DNA of 64,000 nucleotides, taken from an uncultured Bacteroides sp. (lineage in GTDB: Bacteria; Bacteroidota; Bacteroidia; Bacteroidales; GCA-2748055). A program made the translations under genes and the position numbers. The stretch is from positions 20,951 to 84,950 of the forward strand of contig CAYXUD010000008.1 of assembly GCA_964467775.1 (NCBI GenBank), given 5' to 3'. Positions 34,435-44,343 of the stretch are shown one piece after another (position 1 is the first letter of the stretch; the number at the start of each line of letters is the position of its first letter). The notes under the pieces were generated by a model. It did not search any database, was not told the origin of the DNA, and saw only the letters and a program-made list of their open reading frames with translations.

Positions 34435-35778
34435 TCAGAGCAGGTTGCTGGCCAGGTCGGCCAGGTAACTCCTTTCGCCTTTCACCAGGTGAACATGGGC
34501 GAAGATATCCTGGCCCTTCATCCGGTCGGCCAGGTAGGTCAGTCCGTTGGACTTGGTGTCCAGGTAGGGAGAGTCGATCTGCTGGATATCCCCGGTGAAG
34601 ACCAGCTTGGTCCCCTCCCCGGCCCGGGTGATGATGGTCTTCACCTCATGCGGGGTCAGGTTCTGCGCCTCATCCACTATAAAGAAGACCCTGGAAAGGC
34701 TTCGTCCCCGGATATATGCCAGCGGGGTGATAACCAGCTTTTCGGTCTGCTGCATCTCCTCGATCCTTGAGAATTCCTTGCTCTGCTGCCTGAACTTCTG
34801 CTTGATCACCGAGAGGTTGTCGAACAGCGGCAGCATATAGGGGGCGATCTTGTCATCCACATCCCCCGGCAGGTATCCCAGGTCCCTGTTGCCCAGCGGG
34901 ATGATGGGACGGGCCAGGAAGATCTGGGTGTACATTTTGCGCTGGTGGATGGCCGCAGCGAGGGCCAGGAGCGTCTTCCCCGTACCCGCCTTCCCCGTCA
35001 GGGCGACCAGCTGGACTTCCGGGCGGGAGAGCGCATCAAGGGCAAAGGTCTGTTCGGCGTTCCTCGGATCGATCCCATAGGTGCGTGTCTTCTCAACCCG
35101 GTTGATCACCTTGTTGAACGGGTCGAAATGCCCCAGGCCGCTCTTTGACTCGTTCCGGAAGATGAAATACTGGTGTGCATAGGGAGGCTTGCCGAGGCCG
35201 AACCTTTTCACGGGGACCCCTTCCATGGAATCGTACATTTCGGAGATGACCGAATGGTCGGCCAGATCGTTCTGCTTCACGCTTTCAAAGATATCCTCGA
35301 TGTTCTGCACCATGTCGTTGTGGTAATCCTGGGCCATGAGGCCGAGGGATTTGGCCTTCATCCTCAGGTTGATGTCCTTGGTGATCAGGATCACGGGCCG
35401 CGCAGGGGCATGCTTCAGGTGCAGGTGCTCGGCAATGGCCAGGATCCGGTGGTCAGGCGTCTTCTCAGGGAAGGAGGCCGAAAGCTTTTCTGAGGGGGGC
35501 TGACCGGTGCAGATGCTCAGTTTGCCCTTTCCCCTGCCCAGGGAGAGTCCCCCGTTGAACAGCTTATCCCCGCTGAGCTTATCCAGCTCCCTGGTGAACT
35601 CCCGGGCATGGTAGTTGATGATGTCGTTCCCCTTCTTGAACCGGTCAAGCTCCTCCAGTACCGTGATGGGCACGATGATGTCGTGCTCATCAAAATTGTG
35701 CATGCACTTGTAGTCATGCAGCAGAACGTTGGTGTCAAGTACGAAGATCTTCCGGATTTTTTTCACAGCGGTTGCCAT
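34435..35778 (-). CDS. PIN-domain / PhoH-like ATPase fusion (YlaK-type)
   Basis: Track ORF trimmed to MATAVKKIRKIFVLDTNVLLHD (PIN acidic motif). PhoH P-loop LTGKAGTGKTLLALA and Walker B FFIVDEAQNL. Confidence 0.85.
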   Translation of the reverse strand: MATAVKKIRKIFVLDTNVLLHDYKCMHNFDEHDIIVPITVLEELDRFKKGNDIINYHAREFTRELDKLSGDKLFNGGLSLGRGKGKLSICTGQPPSEKLSASFPEKTPDHRILAIAEHLHLKHAPARPVILITKDINLRMKAKSLGLMAQDYHNDMVQNIEDIFESVKQNDLADHSVISEMYDSMEGVPVKRFGLGKPPYAHQYFIFRNESKSGLGHFDPFNKVINRVEKTRTYGIDPRNAEQTFALDALSRPEVQLVALTGKAGTGKTLLALAAAIHQRKMYTQIFLARPIIPLGNRDLGYLPGDVDDKIAPYMLPLFDNLSVIKQKFRQQSKEFSRIEEMQQTEKLVITPLAYIRGRSLSRVFFIVDEAQNLTPHEVKTIITRAGEGTKLVFTGDIQQIDSPYLDTKSNGLTYLADRMKGQDIFAHVHLVKGERSYLADLASNLL

Positions 35779-35929
35779 ATCCCCTCCTAATATTAACTTT
35801 ACCGCAGGGTTGCCCGGGTAAAGCCGCGCTTCCATTTATGGCTGTAAAATTAGGATAATTTACCCCCTCTGTGCCGCAGAATTATCCACATTGGGGGGAG
35901 TTTTTCACACAATTGTAAACCGCTGGGTG

Positions 35930-36460
35930 ATGAAGCAACTCGATCTTTTCCTTGAAAGGCGCAGCATCCGCCGCTTCACGGGTCAGAAAATCGATAAAAA
36001 GACAATTAAATATATACTTGAAGCGGCCATGTATGCCCCGTCAGCGGTGAACTGCCAGCCCTGGCATTTTGTGGTGGTGGAGAGCCGGGAACTGCTGGAC
36101 CGGATCATGGGGTTCCATCCCCATGCAGGGATGCTCGGCACGGCCTCCCACGCGATCGTCGTATGCGGGGATGAGAAGCTTCAGCACGGTGACGGTTACT
36201 GGGTGGTGGACTGCGGAGCCGCCACGCAGAACCTGTTGCTGGCCGCACATGCACTGGGACTCGGGGGATGCTGGGTGGGACTGCACCCCAGGGAGGAACG
36301 GAAACGGCTGATGGCGGAGCTGCTGGGCCTTCCCGGGCACATCAGGCCGTTTGCCCTGGTGGCGCTCGGATATCCCGGTGAAAAGAGACCGCGGCCGCAA
36401 AGGTTCCACCCTGAAAAGGTCAGGCTCGACCACTGGAAGGATCCCTTTTTCAAGGAATGA
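35930..36460 (+). CDS. nitroreductase family protein
   Basis: Trimmed to MKQLDLFLERRSIRRF. RSIRRF plus a PSAVNCQPW block. Confidence 0.8.
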   Translation: MKQLDLFLERRSIRRFTGQKIDKKTIKYILEAAMYAPSAVNCQPWHFVVVESRELLDRIMGFHPHAGMLGTASHAIVVCGDEKLQHGDGYWVVDCGAATQNLLLAAHALGLGGCWVGLHPREERKRLMAELLGLPGHIRPFALVALGYPGEKRPRPQRFHPEKVRLDHWKDPFFKE

Positions 36461-37761
36461 ACTACCGGGAGGCCATCGATTTCCTCTTCAGCAGCCTGCC
36501 CATGTACCAGCGGACAGGCAGGGCCGCCTACAGGGACAACCTGTTCAATACGGAGAGGCTGGACGAATACTTCTCCCGCCCCCACCGCCTCTATCCCACC
36601 ATCCATGTGGCCGGAACAAACGGGAAAGGTTCGGTCAGCCATATGCTGGCCTCCCTGTTCCAGCAGTCGGGTTACAGGACCGGGCTCTACACCTCCCCTC
36701 ACCTGCTGGACTTCCGGGAGCGGATCAGGGTCAACGGAAACCCGGTCCCCAAACGGGAGGTCACAGGTTTCGTGAACGCTCACTGCTCCATCATCAGGGA
36801 GCTCTCCCCCTCCTTCTTCGAAATGACCGTCGCCATGGCATTTGACCACTTTGCAAGGGAGCAGGTTGACATGGCCATCATCGAGACCGGGATGGGGGGA
36901 AGGCTCGACTCGACCAACATCATCCGCCCCGTCCTGTCGGTCATCACCAATATTTCCATGGACCACACGGAATTCCTGGGAAATGACCTGGCTTCCATTG
37001 CCCGCGAAAAGGGAGGCATCATCAAGCAGGGGGTGCCCCTGGTGGTGGGGATCACCGAAAGGGAGGCAGAGCAGGTACTTATATCCATGGCCGCTGGCAA
37101 AGAGGCCCCGGTCTTCCTGGCACGCGAAGCCTTCGAACCGGTTTTCCGGACTTTCAGCCAGGATGGGCACATCCTGGTCAGGATGAAGGAGAGGCGTTCG
37201 GGATCCGTGGAGACCTTCTCCTGTGACCTGGCGGGAGATTACCAGCAGGAGAACCTGGCCACCGTTCTGACCGCGATCTCCTCTCTCCGGGACCTTGGAT
37301 GGAACCTGCCCGGCCCATCCGTGGAAGCAGGATTGCGCTCTGTTGGCGTCAGCACGGGGATCATGGGCAGGTGGCAGACCCTGGGTTCCAACCCCAGGAG
37401 CATCTGTGACGCAGCCCATAACAGGGCGGGCATCGCAGCTGCATTCAGCCAGGTGATGCAGCTCCCCTGGAGAGAGCTGCACGTGGTCTGGGGCATGACG
37501 GGCGACAAGGATGTGGATTCGATCCTTCCCCTGCTGCCCGCAAACGCCCGTTACTACTTCACCAGGGCGGGGGTGCCCAGGTCCATGGACGCCGTTAAGC
37601 TCCTGGAGGCCGCAGGGAAATACGGCCTTTCGGGAAAGGCGTTCCCCACCGTGAGGGAGGCCTATGAGGCTGCACAGGGGCAGGCAGGAGCCGATGACAT
37701 GATCTTTACCTCCGGCAGCACCTTTGTGGTGGCCGACCTGCTGCAGGCGCTGGGGTATTGA
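36457..37761 (+). CDS. folC: bifunctional folylpolyglutamate synthase / dihydrofolate synthase
   Basis: 434 aa. P-loop HVAGTNGKGSV and Mur-ligase-like blocks. The start overlaps the upstream stop (ATGA). Confidence 0.88.
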   Translation: MNYREAIDFLFSSLPMYQRTGRAAYRDNLFNTERLDEYFSRPHRLYPTIHVAGTNGKGSVSHMLASLFQQSGYRTGLYTSPHLLDFRERIRVNGNPVPKREVTGFVNAHCSIIRELSPSFFEMTVAMAFDHFAREQVDMAIIETGMGGRLDSTNIIRPVLSVITNISMDHTEFLGNDLASIAREKGGIIKQGVPLVVGITEREAEQVLISMAAGKEAPVFLAREAFEPVFRTFSQDGHILVRMKERRSGSVETFSCDLAGDYQQENLATVLTAISSLRDLGWNLPGPSVEAGLRSVGVSTGIMGRWQTLGSNPRSICDAAHNRAGIAAAFSQVMQLPWRELHVVWGMTGDKDVDSILPLLPANARYYFTRAGVPRSMDAVKLLEAAGKYGLSGKAFPTVREAYEAAQGQAGADDMIFTSGSTFVVADLLQALGY

Positions 37762-37786
37762 TATTTTCCTTTACTTTGCAGCTTTG

Positions 37787-38596
37787 ATGAAGGAGGAAAT
37801 TCAATACCAGGCGATCTGTACCGGGGCCATGGAAGTGGTGAAAAGAGCTGCCGCCTATATACGGGACAGGCACGAGCACCGGAAACATCTGAATATCGAG
37901 GCCAAGGGAGAGCACAATTTTGTCACAGAGGTGGACAGGCAGTCGGAGGAGATCCTGGTCAGTGGCCTCTCCACACTCCTGCCCGGGGCCGGGTTCATCG
38001 CCGAGGAGGGCACCAGTTCAGCAAAAGGGGAGCGCTTCAACTGGGTCATCGATCCCCTGGACGGCACCACCAATTTCATCCACGGGGTCTTCCCCTTTGC
38101 CATCAGTGTCGGACTGCTTGAGCACGGGGAAGCGGTCGCAGGGGTGGTCTATGAGTTCGGGCTGGACGAGACCTTCCATGCCTGGAAAGGCGGGGGGGCC
38201 TGGGCCAATGGCAGCCCCATCCGCGTGAGCGGTGTGAAAAGGATCGGGCAGGCCCTCATTGCCACCGGGTTTCCCTACACCGATTTCCGGCACCTGTCGG
38301 AGTTCCTTGAAAGCATCCGCTTTTTCATGCAGCATTCCCACGGACTGCGGCGACTGGGTTCCGCTGCCACCGATATTGCCTATGTGGCCTGCGGCAGGTA
38401 CGACGGGTTCTATGAATACGGGCTCCATCCCTGGGATGTCGCTGCCGGGATCATCCTGGTCAGGGAGGCGGGGGGAGAGGTGTCCGATTTCATGGGTGCA
38501 GGCAACCCCCTGTTCACGGAGGACATTGTCTGCTCCAACGGCCACATTCACAGGGAATTCCAGGAGACCACCCGGAAAATCATGCTGAGGCAATGA
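37787..38596 (+). CDS. inositol monophosphatase family protein (SuhB-like)
   Basis: Trimmed to MKEEIQYQAI. Motifs FVTEVD, WVIDPLDGTTNF and WDVAAG. Confidence 0.85.
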   Translation: MKEEIQYQAICTGAMEVVKRAAAYIRDRHEHRKHLNIEAKGEHNFVTEVDRQSEEILVSGLSTLLPGAGFIAEEGTSSAKGERFNWVIDPLDGTTNFIHGVFPFAISVGLLEHGEAVAGVVYEFGLDETFHAWKGGGAWANGSPIRVSGVKRIGQALIATGFPYTDFRHLSEFLESIRFFMQHSHGLRRLGSAATDIAYVACGRYDGFYEYGLHPWDVAAGIILVREAGGEVSDFMGAGNPLFTEDIVCSNGHIHREFQETTRKIMLRQ

Positions 38597-39624
38597 AACT
38601 GGTTTCCATAGTGATCCTGAACTGGAACGGGAAGGGGTACCTGGAGAAATTCCTTCCCGGGCTGGTCCAGCACAGCCAGATGGAGGGAGCGGAGATCGTG
38701 GTGGCGGATAACGACTCCTCCGATGGATCGGTCCCCTTCCTGGAATCGGCATTTCCCCGGATCCGGCTGATCCGCCTGGACCGGAATTACGGGTTCACCG
38801 GGGGGTATAACAGGGCCCTGAAGCAGCTGGACTCAAAATATTACCTGTTGCTGAATTCCGATATCGAGGTGACCCAAGGCTGGCTGGATCCCCTTGTCGG
38901 GCATATGGAGGCACATGGGGATTGCGGGGCATGCACCCCCAAGTTCAGGGACTATTACCGGAAAACCCATTTTGAATATGCAGGGGCGGCAGGCGGGTAC
39001 CTGGACCGGTATGGCTACCCCTTCTGCCGCGGCCGGATCTTTGACCAGATGGAGGAAGATACCGGGCAGTATGACCAGTTGACCGAGGTGTTCTGGGGAT
39101 CAGGTGCCTGCCTGATGGTCAGGGCTGAGCTTTTCAGGCGGGCGGGGGGGCTGGACGAGCAGTTCTTTGCCCATATGGAGGAGATCGACCTCTGCTGGAG
39201 GCTGAAGCGCATGGGCTGCACCATCTGTTTCATTCCCGCCTCCACCGTGTACCACGTGGGCGGCGGGACCCTCTCACGCGGAGATCCCAGGAAAACCTTC
39301 CTGAATTTCCGCAACAACCTGTTGCTGCTCTACAAGAACCTCCCGGCAAACAGGCGGGGCAGAACCATCTTTGCCAGGACGATCCTGGACGCGGTTTCTG
39401 CCTTCAGGTTCCTGGTCCAGGGCTCCCCGGGCGATTTCCTGGCCGTGGTCCGGGCCCATGTGGCATATTTTGGGATGAAACGGGGTTATAGAGGGACGGA
39501 TGAACGTAACAAATTGCCGGATAATGGCGTTATTGTAAGCGGAATTTATCCACGAAGCATCGTTGCTGATTTTTTTCTGAAGGGGAGAAAGAGATTCGGA
39601 TCTCTCAGGTGGTCAGGTGAATGA
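38593..39624 (+). CDS. glycosyltransferase family 2
   Basis: 343 aa. N-terminus VSIVILNWNG, then DNDSSDGS and an ED..LC.R block, typical of GT2 (rhamnosyltransferase-like). The start overlaps the upstream stop. Confidence 0.8.
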   Translation: MKLVSIVILNWNGKGYLEKFLPGLVQHSQMEGAEIVVADNDSSDGSVPFLESAFPRIRLIRLDRNYGFTGGYNRALKQLDSKYYLLLNSDIEVTQGWLDPLVGHMEAHGDCGACTPKFRDYYRKTHFEYAGAAGGYLDRYGYPFCRGRIFDQMEEDTGQYDQLTEVFWGSGACLMVRAELFRRAGGLDEQFFAHMEEIDLCWRLKRMGCTICFIPASTVYHVGGGTLSRGDPRKTFLNFRNNLLLLYKNLPANRRGRTIFARTILDAVSAFRFLVQGSPGDFLAVVRAHVAYFGMKRGYRGTDERNKLPDNGVIVSGIYPRSIVADFFLKGRKRFGSLRWSGE

Positions 39625-39669
39625 CCCGGGTGATGACAATGATGGTGAAAGGGTAGAATAAAAATCAGT

Positions 39670-41391
39670 ATGGAAAAGAGAGAGAGCGGGGGCTGGGAAG
39701 AGATCCTGAACCTCCCCCAGATATTGAAGGTGAACAGCAGCAGGTTCCCTGCCAGTATCGCGGTGGGGAGTGTGGACGGGACCTCTTACACCTACGGGGA
39801 ACTTGAGCGTTCTGCCAGGTTCATTGCCTCCATGATCCGGAGTACGGGGATCGGGAAGGGTCATCATGTGGCCATCCTGGGCGACAACTCGCCGCACTGG
39901 GCCATTGCCTACTTCGGGATCCTCGCGGCAGGGGCGGCCACGGTGCCCATTCTGCCCGACTTCCGGAGCAGTGAAATAATTTCCATACTGGAACATGCCG
40001 AAGCCAGGGCACTCTTCGTCTCCGGAAAGCTGATGCACAGGCTTGCGGGAGGGGTGCCCCGTACGGTTGAACTGGTGGTCAACCTGGATAACTTCCGGGT
40101 TGTGGATCTCCGGCATGGCCGGCCCTCCTCTCTGTCAACAGGCCAGGGGAAGCTTGAAAAGCTGGAGGTGATCGACGAGGCATTCCCCCTTGAAGAATCG
40201 TTATACAGGGCCGGGGCCGGTGACCTTGCGGCCATTATCTATACCTCGGGGACCACCGGAAGGTCCAAGGGCGTCATGCTGAGCCACGGCAATATCCTGA
40301 GCAACGCCAAGCAGTCCGGGACCATCCACGAAGTGGTGCCCGGCGACCGTTTCCTCTCCATGCTGCCCCTGGCCCACACTTACGAATGCACCATCGGGCT
40401 GGTGGTTCCGTTGCTGAACGGGGCACGGATCCATTACATTGACAGGCCCCCCACAGCCTCCTACCTGGCGCCCATATTGAAAAAAGTGAGGCCCACCACC
40501 ATCCTGACCGTTCCGCTGATCATGGAAAAGATCTTCGCATCCAGGATAAAACCGGCACTGTACGGTTCCCCCGTAAAGAGGTTCCTGATGGGAATGGCCC
40601 TGACAAGAAAGATCCTTTCCCGGGCTGCGGCATGGAAGCTGGCTGGTTTTTTCGGCGGAGCGCTGCGTTTCTACGGGATCGGGGGTGCACCCCTGGCACC
40701 CGAGGTGGAGAAGTTCCTGCTGGATGGCCGGTTCCCGTATGCCATTGGCTACGGCCTTACCGAGACATCGCCCATGCTGGCCGGGTTTGATCCGCAGCAT
40801 GCGGTCTACCGTTCCGTAGGCAGGGTGATGGAAGGCGTGTCGGTGAAGATCAGTGACCCGGACCCCGAGACGAGGGAGGGAGAGATCGTTGCTCAGGGCC
40901 CCAACATCATGAAGGGATATTTCAAGGATCCTGAAAGGAGCCGGGAGGTCCTCACCGGGGACGGGTTTTTCCGGACCGGCGACCTGGGGTACATCGACAG
41001 GAACGGGATCCTTTTCGTCCGGGGGAGGCTGAAGAACATGATCCTGGGTCCCAACGGTGAGAACATCTACCCGGAAGAGATCGAAGCTGTGATCAACAAC
41101 GAGGATATCGTGAACGAGTCACTGGTAATGCAGTACAGGGGTAAGCTTGTGGCACGGGTGCACCTGAAGGTCGAGATCCTGGAAGAACAGTTCAAACACC
41201 TGAAGGTGAACGCGGCTGATTTTCAGCAGCAGGTCCAGGAGAAGGCCCAGGAGGTCCTGGATGAGCTCATGATGCGGGTGAACCGGCATGTGGCCCGGAA
41301 CTCAAGGCTCCAGATGATGATCCTGCAGGCACAACCATTCGAAAAGACACCCACCCAGAAGATCAAGCGCTTCCTCTACCATTCCGGTTGA
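39670..41391 (+). CDS. AMP-dependent synthetase/ligase (long-chain fatty acid-CoA ligase-like)
   Basis: 573 aa. AMP-binding motif IIYTSGTTGRSKGVMLSH, and later YGLTET and TGDLGY blocks. Confidence 0.85.
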   Translation: MEKRESGGWEEILNLPQILKVNSSRFPASIAVGSVDGTSYTYGELERSARFIASMIRSTGIGKGHHVAILGDNSPHWAIAYFGILAAGAATVPILPDFRSSEIISILEHAEARALFVSGKLMHRLAGGVPRTVELVVNLDNFRVVDLRHGRPSSLSTGQGKLEKLEVIDEAFPLEESLYRAGAGDLAAIIYTSGTTGRSKGVMLSHGNILSNAKQSGTIHEVVPGDRFLSMLPLAHTYECTIGLVVPLLNGARIHYIDRPPTASYLAPILKKVRPTTILTVPLIMEKIFASRIKPALYGSPVKRFLMGMALTRKILSRAAAWKLAGFFGGALRFYGIGGAPLAPEVEKFLLDGRFPYAIGYGLTETSPMLAGFDPQHAVYRSVGRVMEGVSVKISDPDPETREGEIVAQGPNIMKGYFKDPERSREVLTGDGFFRTGDLGYIDRNGILFVRGRLKNMILGPNGENIYPEEIEAVINNEDIVNESLVMQYRGKLVARVHLKVEILEEQFKHLKVNAADFQQQVQEKAQEVLDELMMRVNRHVARNSRLQMMILQAQPFEKTPTQKIKRFLYHSG

Positions 41392-41406
41392 GGGCCTCTC
41401 TTCTGA

Positions 41407-42720
41407 CTACCCGACCAGTAACGGCAGCAGCCTTTCGAGTTCCATGATCCGGCTGCCCTTCACAAGGATATGATATCCCTGCGGCGGGTCTGACTCCAGG
41501 AAGGAGGTCACCTCCCCCACGCTGGTGAAAACATACATGCCGCCCGAAGGTTCGGCCACTTCGGCGAACTTCGGCCCTGCCAGCACGACCCGGTCCAGTG
41601 AAAGGGTTCTGATCCACCGGACAAGCCTGGCATGCTCCTCCCGTGAAGCATTTCCCAGCTCGGCCATATCTCCCAGGATGACCATGGCCGGGGGCGGCGC
41701 ATATTCCATCAACCCGGCGATGGCCCCGCGCATGCTGGCGGGATTCGCATTATAGGAATCCATGATCACCCGATTGCTCGCGCCTTCGATGACCTGGGAA
41801 CGGAACCCTTCTGGCTCAAAGGAAGCGATGGCCCCTGCAATGTCACTGCCCGCAATCCCGAAATGGCATCCCAGGGCGGCAGCCAGCCTTATGTTCTGCA
41901 GGTTATACGAACCCGCAAGCCTCGAGGCCAGCCGGTGCTTCTCCCCGTTGATCCGGAGCTCAACCACAAGAAAGGGTGACTGGTCGAGTATCCTCCCTGA
42001 AACCCGGATATCCCCGTGATCTCCCACCACCAGGGTCTCAACACCCGTGCTGGAGGCTCTCTGCAGAAGGAGGGTATCCTCACCATCCACCAGGGCCTTC
42101 CCGCCGTGCTCTGCCAGGTATTCATAAAGCTCCCCTTTGGCATCGAGGACACCTGAGACCGAGCCGAATCCTTCAAGGTGGGCCTTCCCGACATTGGTGA
42201 TCAGTCCGAGGTCAGGGGCGGCCATCTCGGCCAGTTTCCCGATCTCCCCGGGGTGGTTGGCTCCCATTTCAACCACCGCCAGCGGCTCCCTGTCCAATGA
42301 CAGCAGGGTCAGGGGGACACCGATATGGTTGTTCAGGTTACCGCGCGTGGCCAGGACACCGAACCTCCGTCGCAGTATGGCCGTGGCCAGCTCCTTGGTG
42401 GTGGTTTTCCCGTTTGAACCGGTGATGGCAATGACCGTGGGCGAAACCTGCCGGCGATGGTAAGCGGCCAGCTGCTGGAGCATCCCGAGGGGAGAACCGG
42501 CATAGAGAACCCCCTGTTCACCCTTCAGCGCCTCATTGCTGGTAATGGCCAGCCGGCACCCTTTTTTCAATGCATCAGCCACAAAGCGGTTTCCGTCGAA
42601 CCGCTCTCCCTCCAGGGCAAAAAAGAGCCTTCCTTTCAGCTCCTGACGCGTATCGGTGGAGATGCCCTCCGACTGAAGGAAAACCTGATGCAATCTTTCT
42701 ATGGTCATTTCCGGTTCCAT
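41407..42720 (-). CDS. murF: UDP-N-acetylmuramoyl-tripeptide--D-alanyl-D-alanine ligase
   Basis: 437 aa. N-terminus ISTDTR...LFFAL.GERFDG and P-loop ITGSNGKTTTKE. Confidence 0.88.
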   Translation of the reverse strand: MEPEMTIERLHQVFLQSEGISTDTRQELKGRLFFALEGERFDGNRFVADALKKGCRLAITSNEALKGEQGVLYAGSPLGMLQQLAAYHRRQVSPTVIAITGSNGKTTTKELATAILRRRFGVLATRGNLNNHIGVPLTLLSLDREPLAVVEMGANHPGEIGKLAEMAAPDLGLITNVGKAHLEGFGSVSGVLDAKGELYEYLAEHGGKALVDGEDTLLLQRASSTGVETLVVGDHGDIRVSGRILDQSPFLVVELRINGEKHRLASRLAGSYNLQNIRLAAALGCHFGIAGSDIAGAIASFEPEGFRSQVIEGASNRVIMDSYNANPASMRGAIAGLMEYAPPPAMVILGDMAELGNASREEHARLVRWIRTLSLDRVVLAGPKFAEVAEPSGGMYVFTSVGEVTSFLESDPPQGYHILVKGSRIMELERLLPLLVG

Positions 42721-42739
42721 CCGGGGAGATCCAGCTTAT

Positions 42740-42774
42740 AGCAAAGAAGGCTGCTCCGGTAAGAAACAGCCTTC
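42740..42774 (-). terminator. hairpin terminator candidate between gldJ and murF
   Basis: Minus strand reads GAAGGCTG - 13 nt - CAGCCTTC (8-bp stem) followed by TTTGCTAT. Confidence 0.5.
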
Positions 42775-42796
42775 CATATGATTTGACAATATCCCG

Positions 42797-44281
42797 TTAA
42801 TAGGCGGTCGGGGTTCCCACCCTGATCATGGCACACCGGAAACCCAGGTCGTCCCTTGATTCTGATTCGAGGAGAAACCGGCGTTCACCGGGGCTAAGCC
42901 AGTAAGCCCTGTCTTTCCAGGACCCGCCCTTATAGACCCTCACCTCGTCGGTGATCAGGGAGACCATATCCGTATTCTTGTTGACATACATATTGCTGGA
43001 CCCTTCATACACCTCTGCGGAATTGTCCCCGTCTTCAAAAACTGACTCCATATCCCCGTCACGGTAATTCCTGTAATCTGATTTGCGGTAATTGAACCTC
43101 CCTTCTGCATCTGCGACCGTGATGGGTTCACGGCGCAACCGGCCCAGGCTGTCAATCACCGGGCTTCCGTTGGCATCAATGACCAGTTTGTCAAACTGGT
43201 TCCCGCGGAAAGGACGGAAATCTGAAACATCCTCATACGACAGTGGCCGGTAAACATCCTGCACCCATTCATTCACATTGCCGGCCATACAGTAGAGGCC
43301 ATAGTCATTCGGCCAGTAGGAGGTCACGGGGACCGTCACCGAACCCGCATCATTGAGGTTCCCGGCTATGCCCATCATGTCACCCCTTCCCCTCACAAAG
43401 TTCGCCATCATCTTGCCCTGCACCCTTGGATCAGGGTTCCTGGGGATATGCCCGTCCCAGGGATAGGTCCTCCGCTCCCAGATCAGTTCGTCAACCGTCT
43501 TCCCGATCAAACCCAGCGCAGCATATTCCCACTCAGCTTCAGTAGGGAGCCTGTACTTGGGAAGCAGGATCCCGTCCTCGATCGTTACAAGCCTCGACTC
43601 CACGTTGGGATTCAGGCTGGGAATGGGTTCGATGATATTGGGGGTGTAAATACCATACATGTAAGCCTCGGTATTGAAGTTCCTTTCATCCTGCTGGTCT
43701 GTTGAGAGCTCGATATGGCCTATGTCCACCAGCTTCATTTCATTGACCCTGTCTGTCCTCCACAGGCAGTAATCATTGGCCTGCAGCCAGTTTACACCCA
43801 CCACCGGGTATTCATTGAACGAAGGATGGCGAAAGTAATATTCGACAAAAGGCTCATTGTAAGCCATGGGATCCCTCCAGACAAGGGTGTCGGGAAGTGC
43901 AGCCCTCACCACCTGTGGATTGTTCATGCCGAAAACACGGCTCAGCCAGTGAACGTACTCCCGGTAATCAACATTCCTGATCTCTGTGATATCCATGTAG
44001 AACGAACCTACAGTGACCCGCCGGGGAACATTGTTCCATTCGTAGAGAATATCATCCTGCACCTTCCCCATGGTGAATGTGCCCCCTTCAATCAGTACCT
44101 GTCCCGGACCCGCCTCCTGTTCAACAGCCGGCTTCACCTCGAACCCACCGTTTTCAGGGTCATTGTACCTCCATCCGGTGGTCGTTGAGACTTTACCAGA
44201 GGATGTCAGATCCCTTTTACCGCAACCCCATAGCATCAGAGCTGCAACCAGCACCGGGATAAGTCTCATCGTCATTTTCAT
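42797..44281 (-). CDS. gldJ: gliding motility lipoprotein GldJ (FGE-sulfatase/SUMF1-fold)
   Basis: Trimmed to MKMTMRLIPVLVAALMLWGCGK (lipobox). FGE-like blocks IEGGTFTMG, YPVVGVNW and RGGSW-type (KGGSWKD). Context next to murF and porU/porV, rather than gldL/M/N, favours GldJ over GldK. Confidence 0.8.
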   Translation of the reverse strand: MKMTMRLIPVLVAALMLWGCGKRDLTSSGKVSTTTGWRYNDPENGGFEVKPAVEQEAGPGQVLIEGGTFTMGKVQDDILYEWNNVPRRVTVGSFYMDITEIRNVDYREYVHWLSRVFGMNNPQVVRAALPDTLVWRDPMAYNEPFVEYYFRHPSFNEYPVVGVNWLQANDYCLWRTDRVNEMKLVDIGHIELSTDQQDERNFNTEAYMYGIYTPNIIEPIPSLNPNVESRLVTIEDGILLPKYRLPTEAEWEYAALGLIGKTVDELIWERRTYPWDGHIPRNPDPRVQGKMMANFVRGRGDMMGIAGNLNDAGSVTVPVTSYWPNDYGLYCMAGNVNEWVQDVYRPLSYEDVSDFRPFRGNQFDKLVIDANGSPVIDSLGRLRREPITVADAEGRFNYRKSDYRNYRDGDMESVFEDGDNSAEVYEGSSNMYVNKNTDMVSLITDEVRVYKGGSWKDRAYWLSPGERRFLLESESRDDLGFRCAMIRVGTPTAY

Positions 44282-44343
44282 GGCTTCAAAGGTTTTATCA
44301 GTTTCATTCAATGGCTAATATAGAAAAACTCTACCAAAAGTAA

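Noticed and set aside
36196-37482. Very long antisense ORFs in the track. Examples: 428 aa opposite folC, 323 aa at 18739-19710 opposite the GT39 gene, 360 aa at 12032-13114 opposite the kinase, 335 aa at 15751-16758, 352 aa at 49554-50612 opposite porV, and 315 aa at 10789-11736.
   Set aside because: Their translations are Pro/Gly/Arg/His-rich low-complexity sequence with no motifs, and each lies exactly opposite a gene with clear family signatures. These are typical shadow ORFs of GC-rich DNA with few stop codons.
42797-44281. Alternative call of this FGE-fold lipoprotein as GldK/PorK.
   Set aside because: No gldL/gldM/gldN genes follow it. It is flanked by murF and porU/porV, the context I associate with gldJ. 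The call remains a context-based inference.
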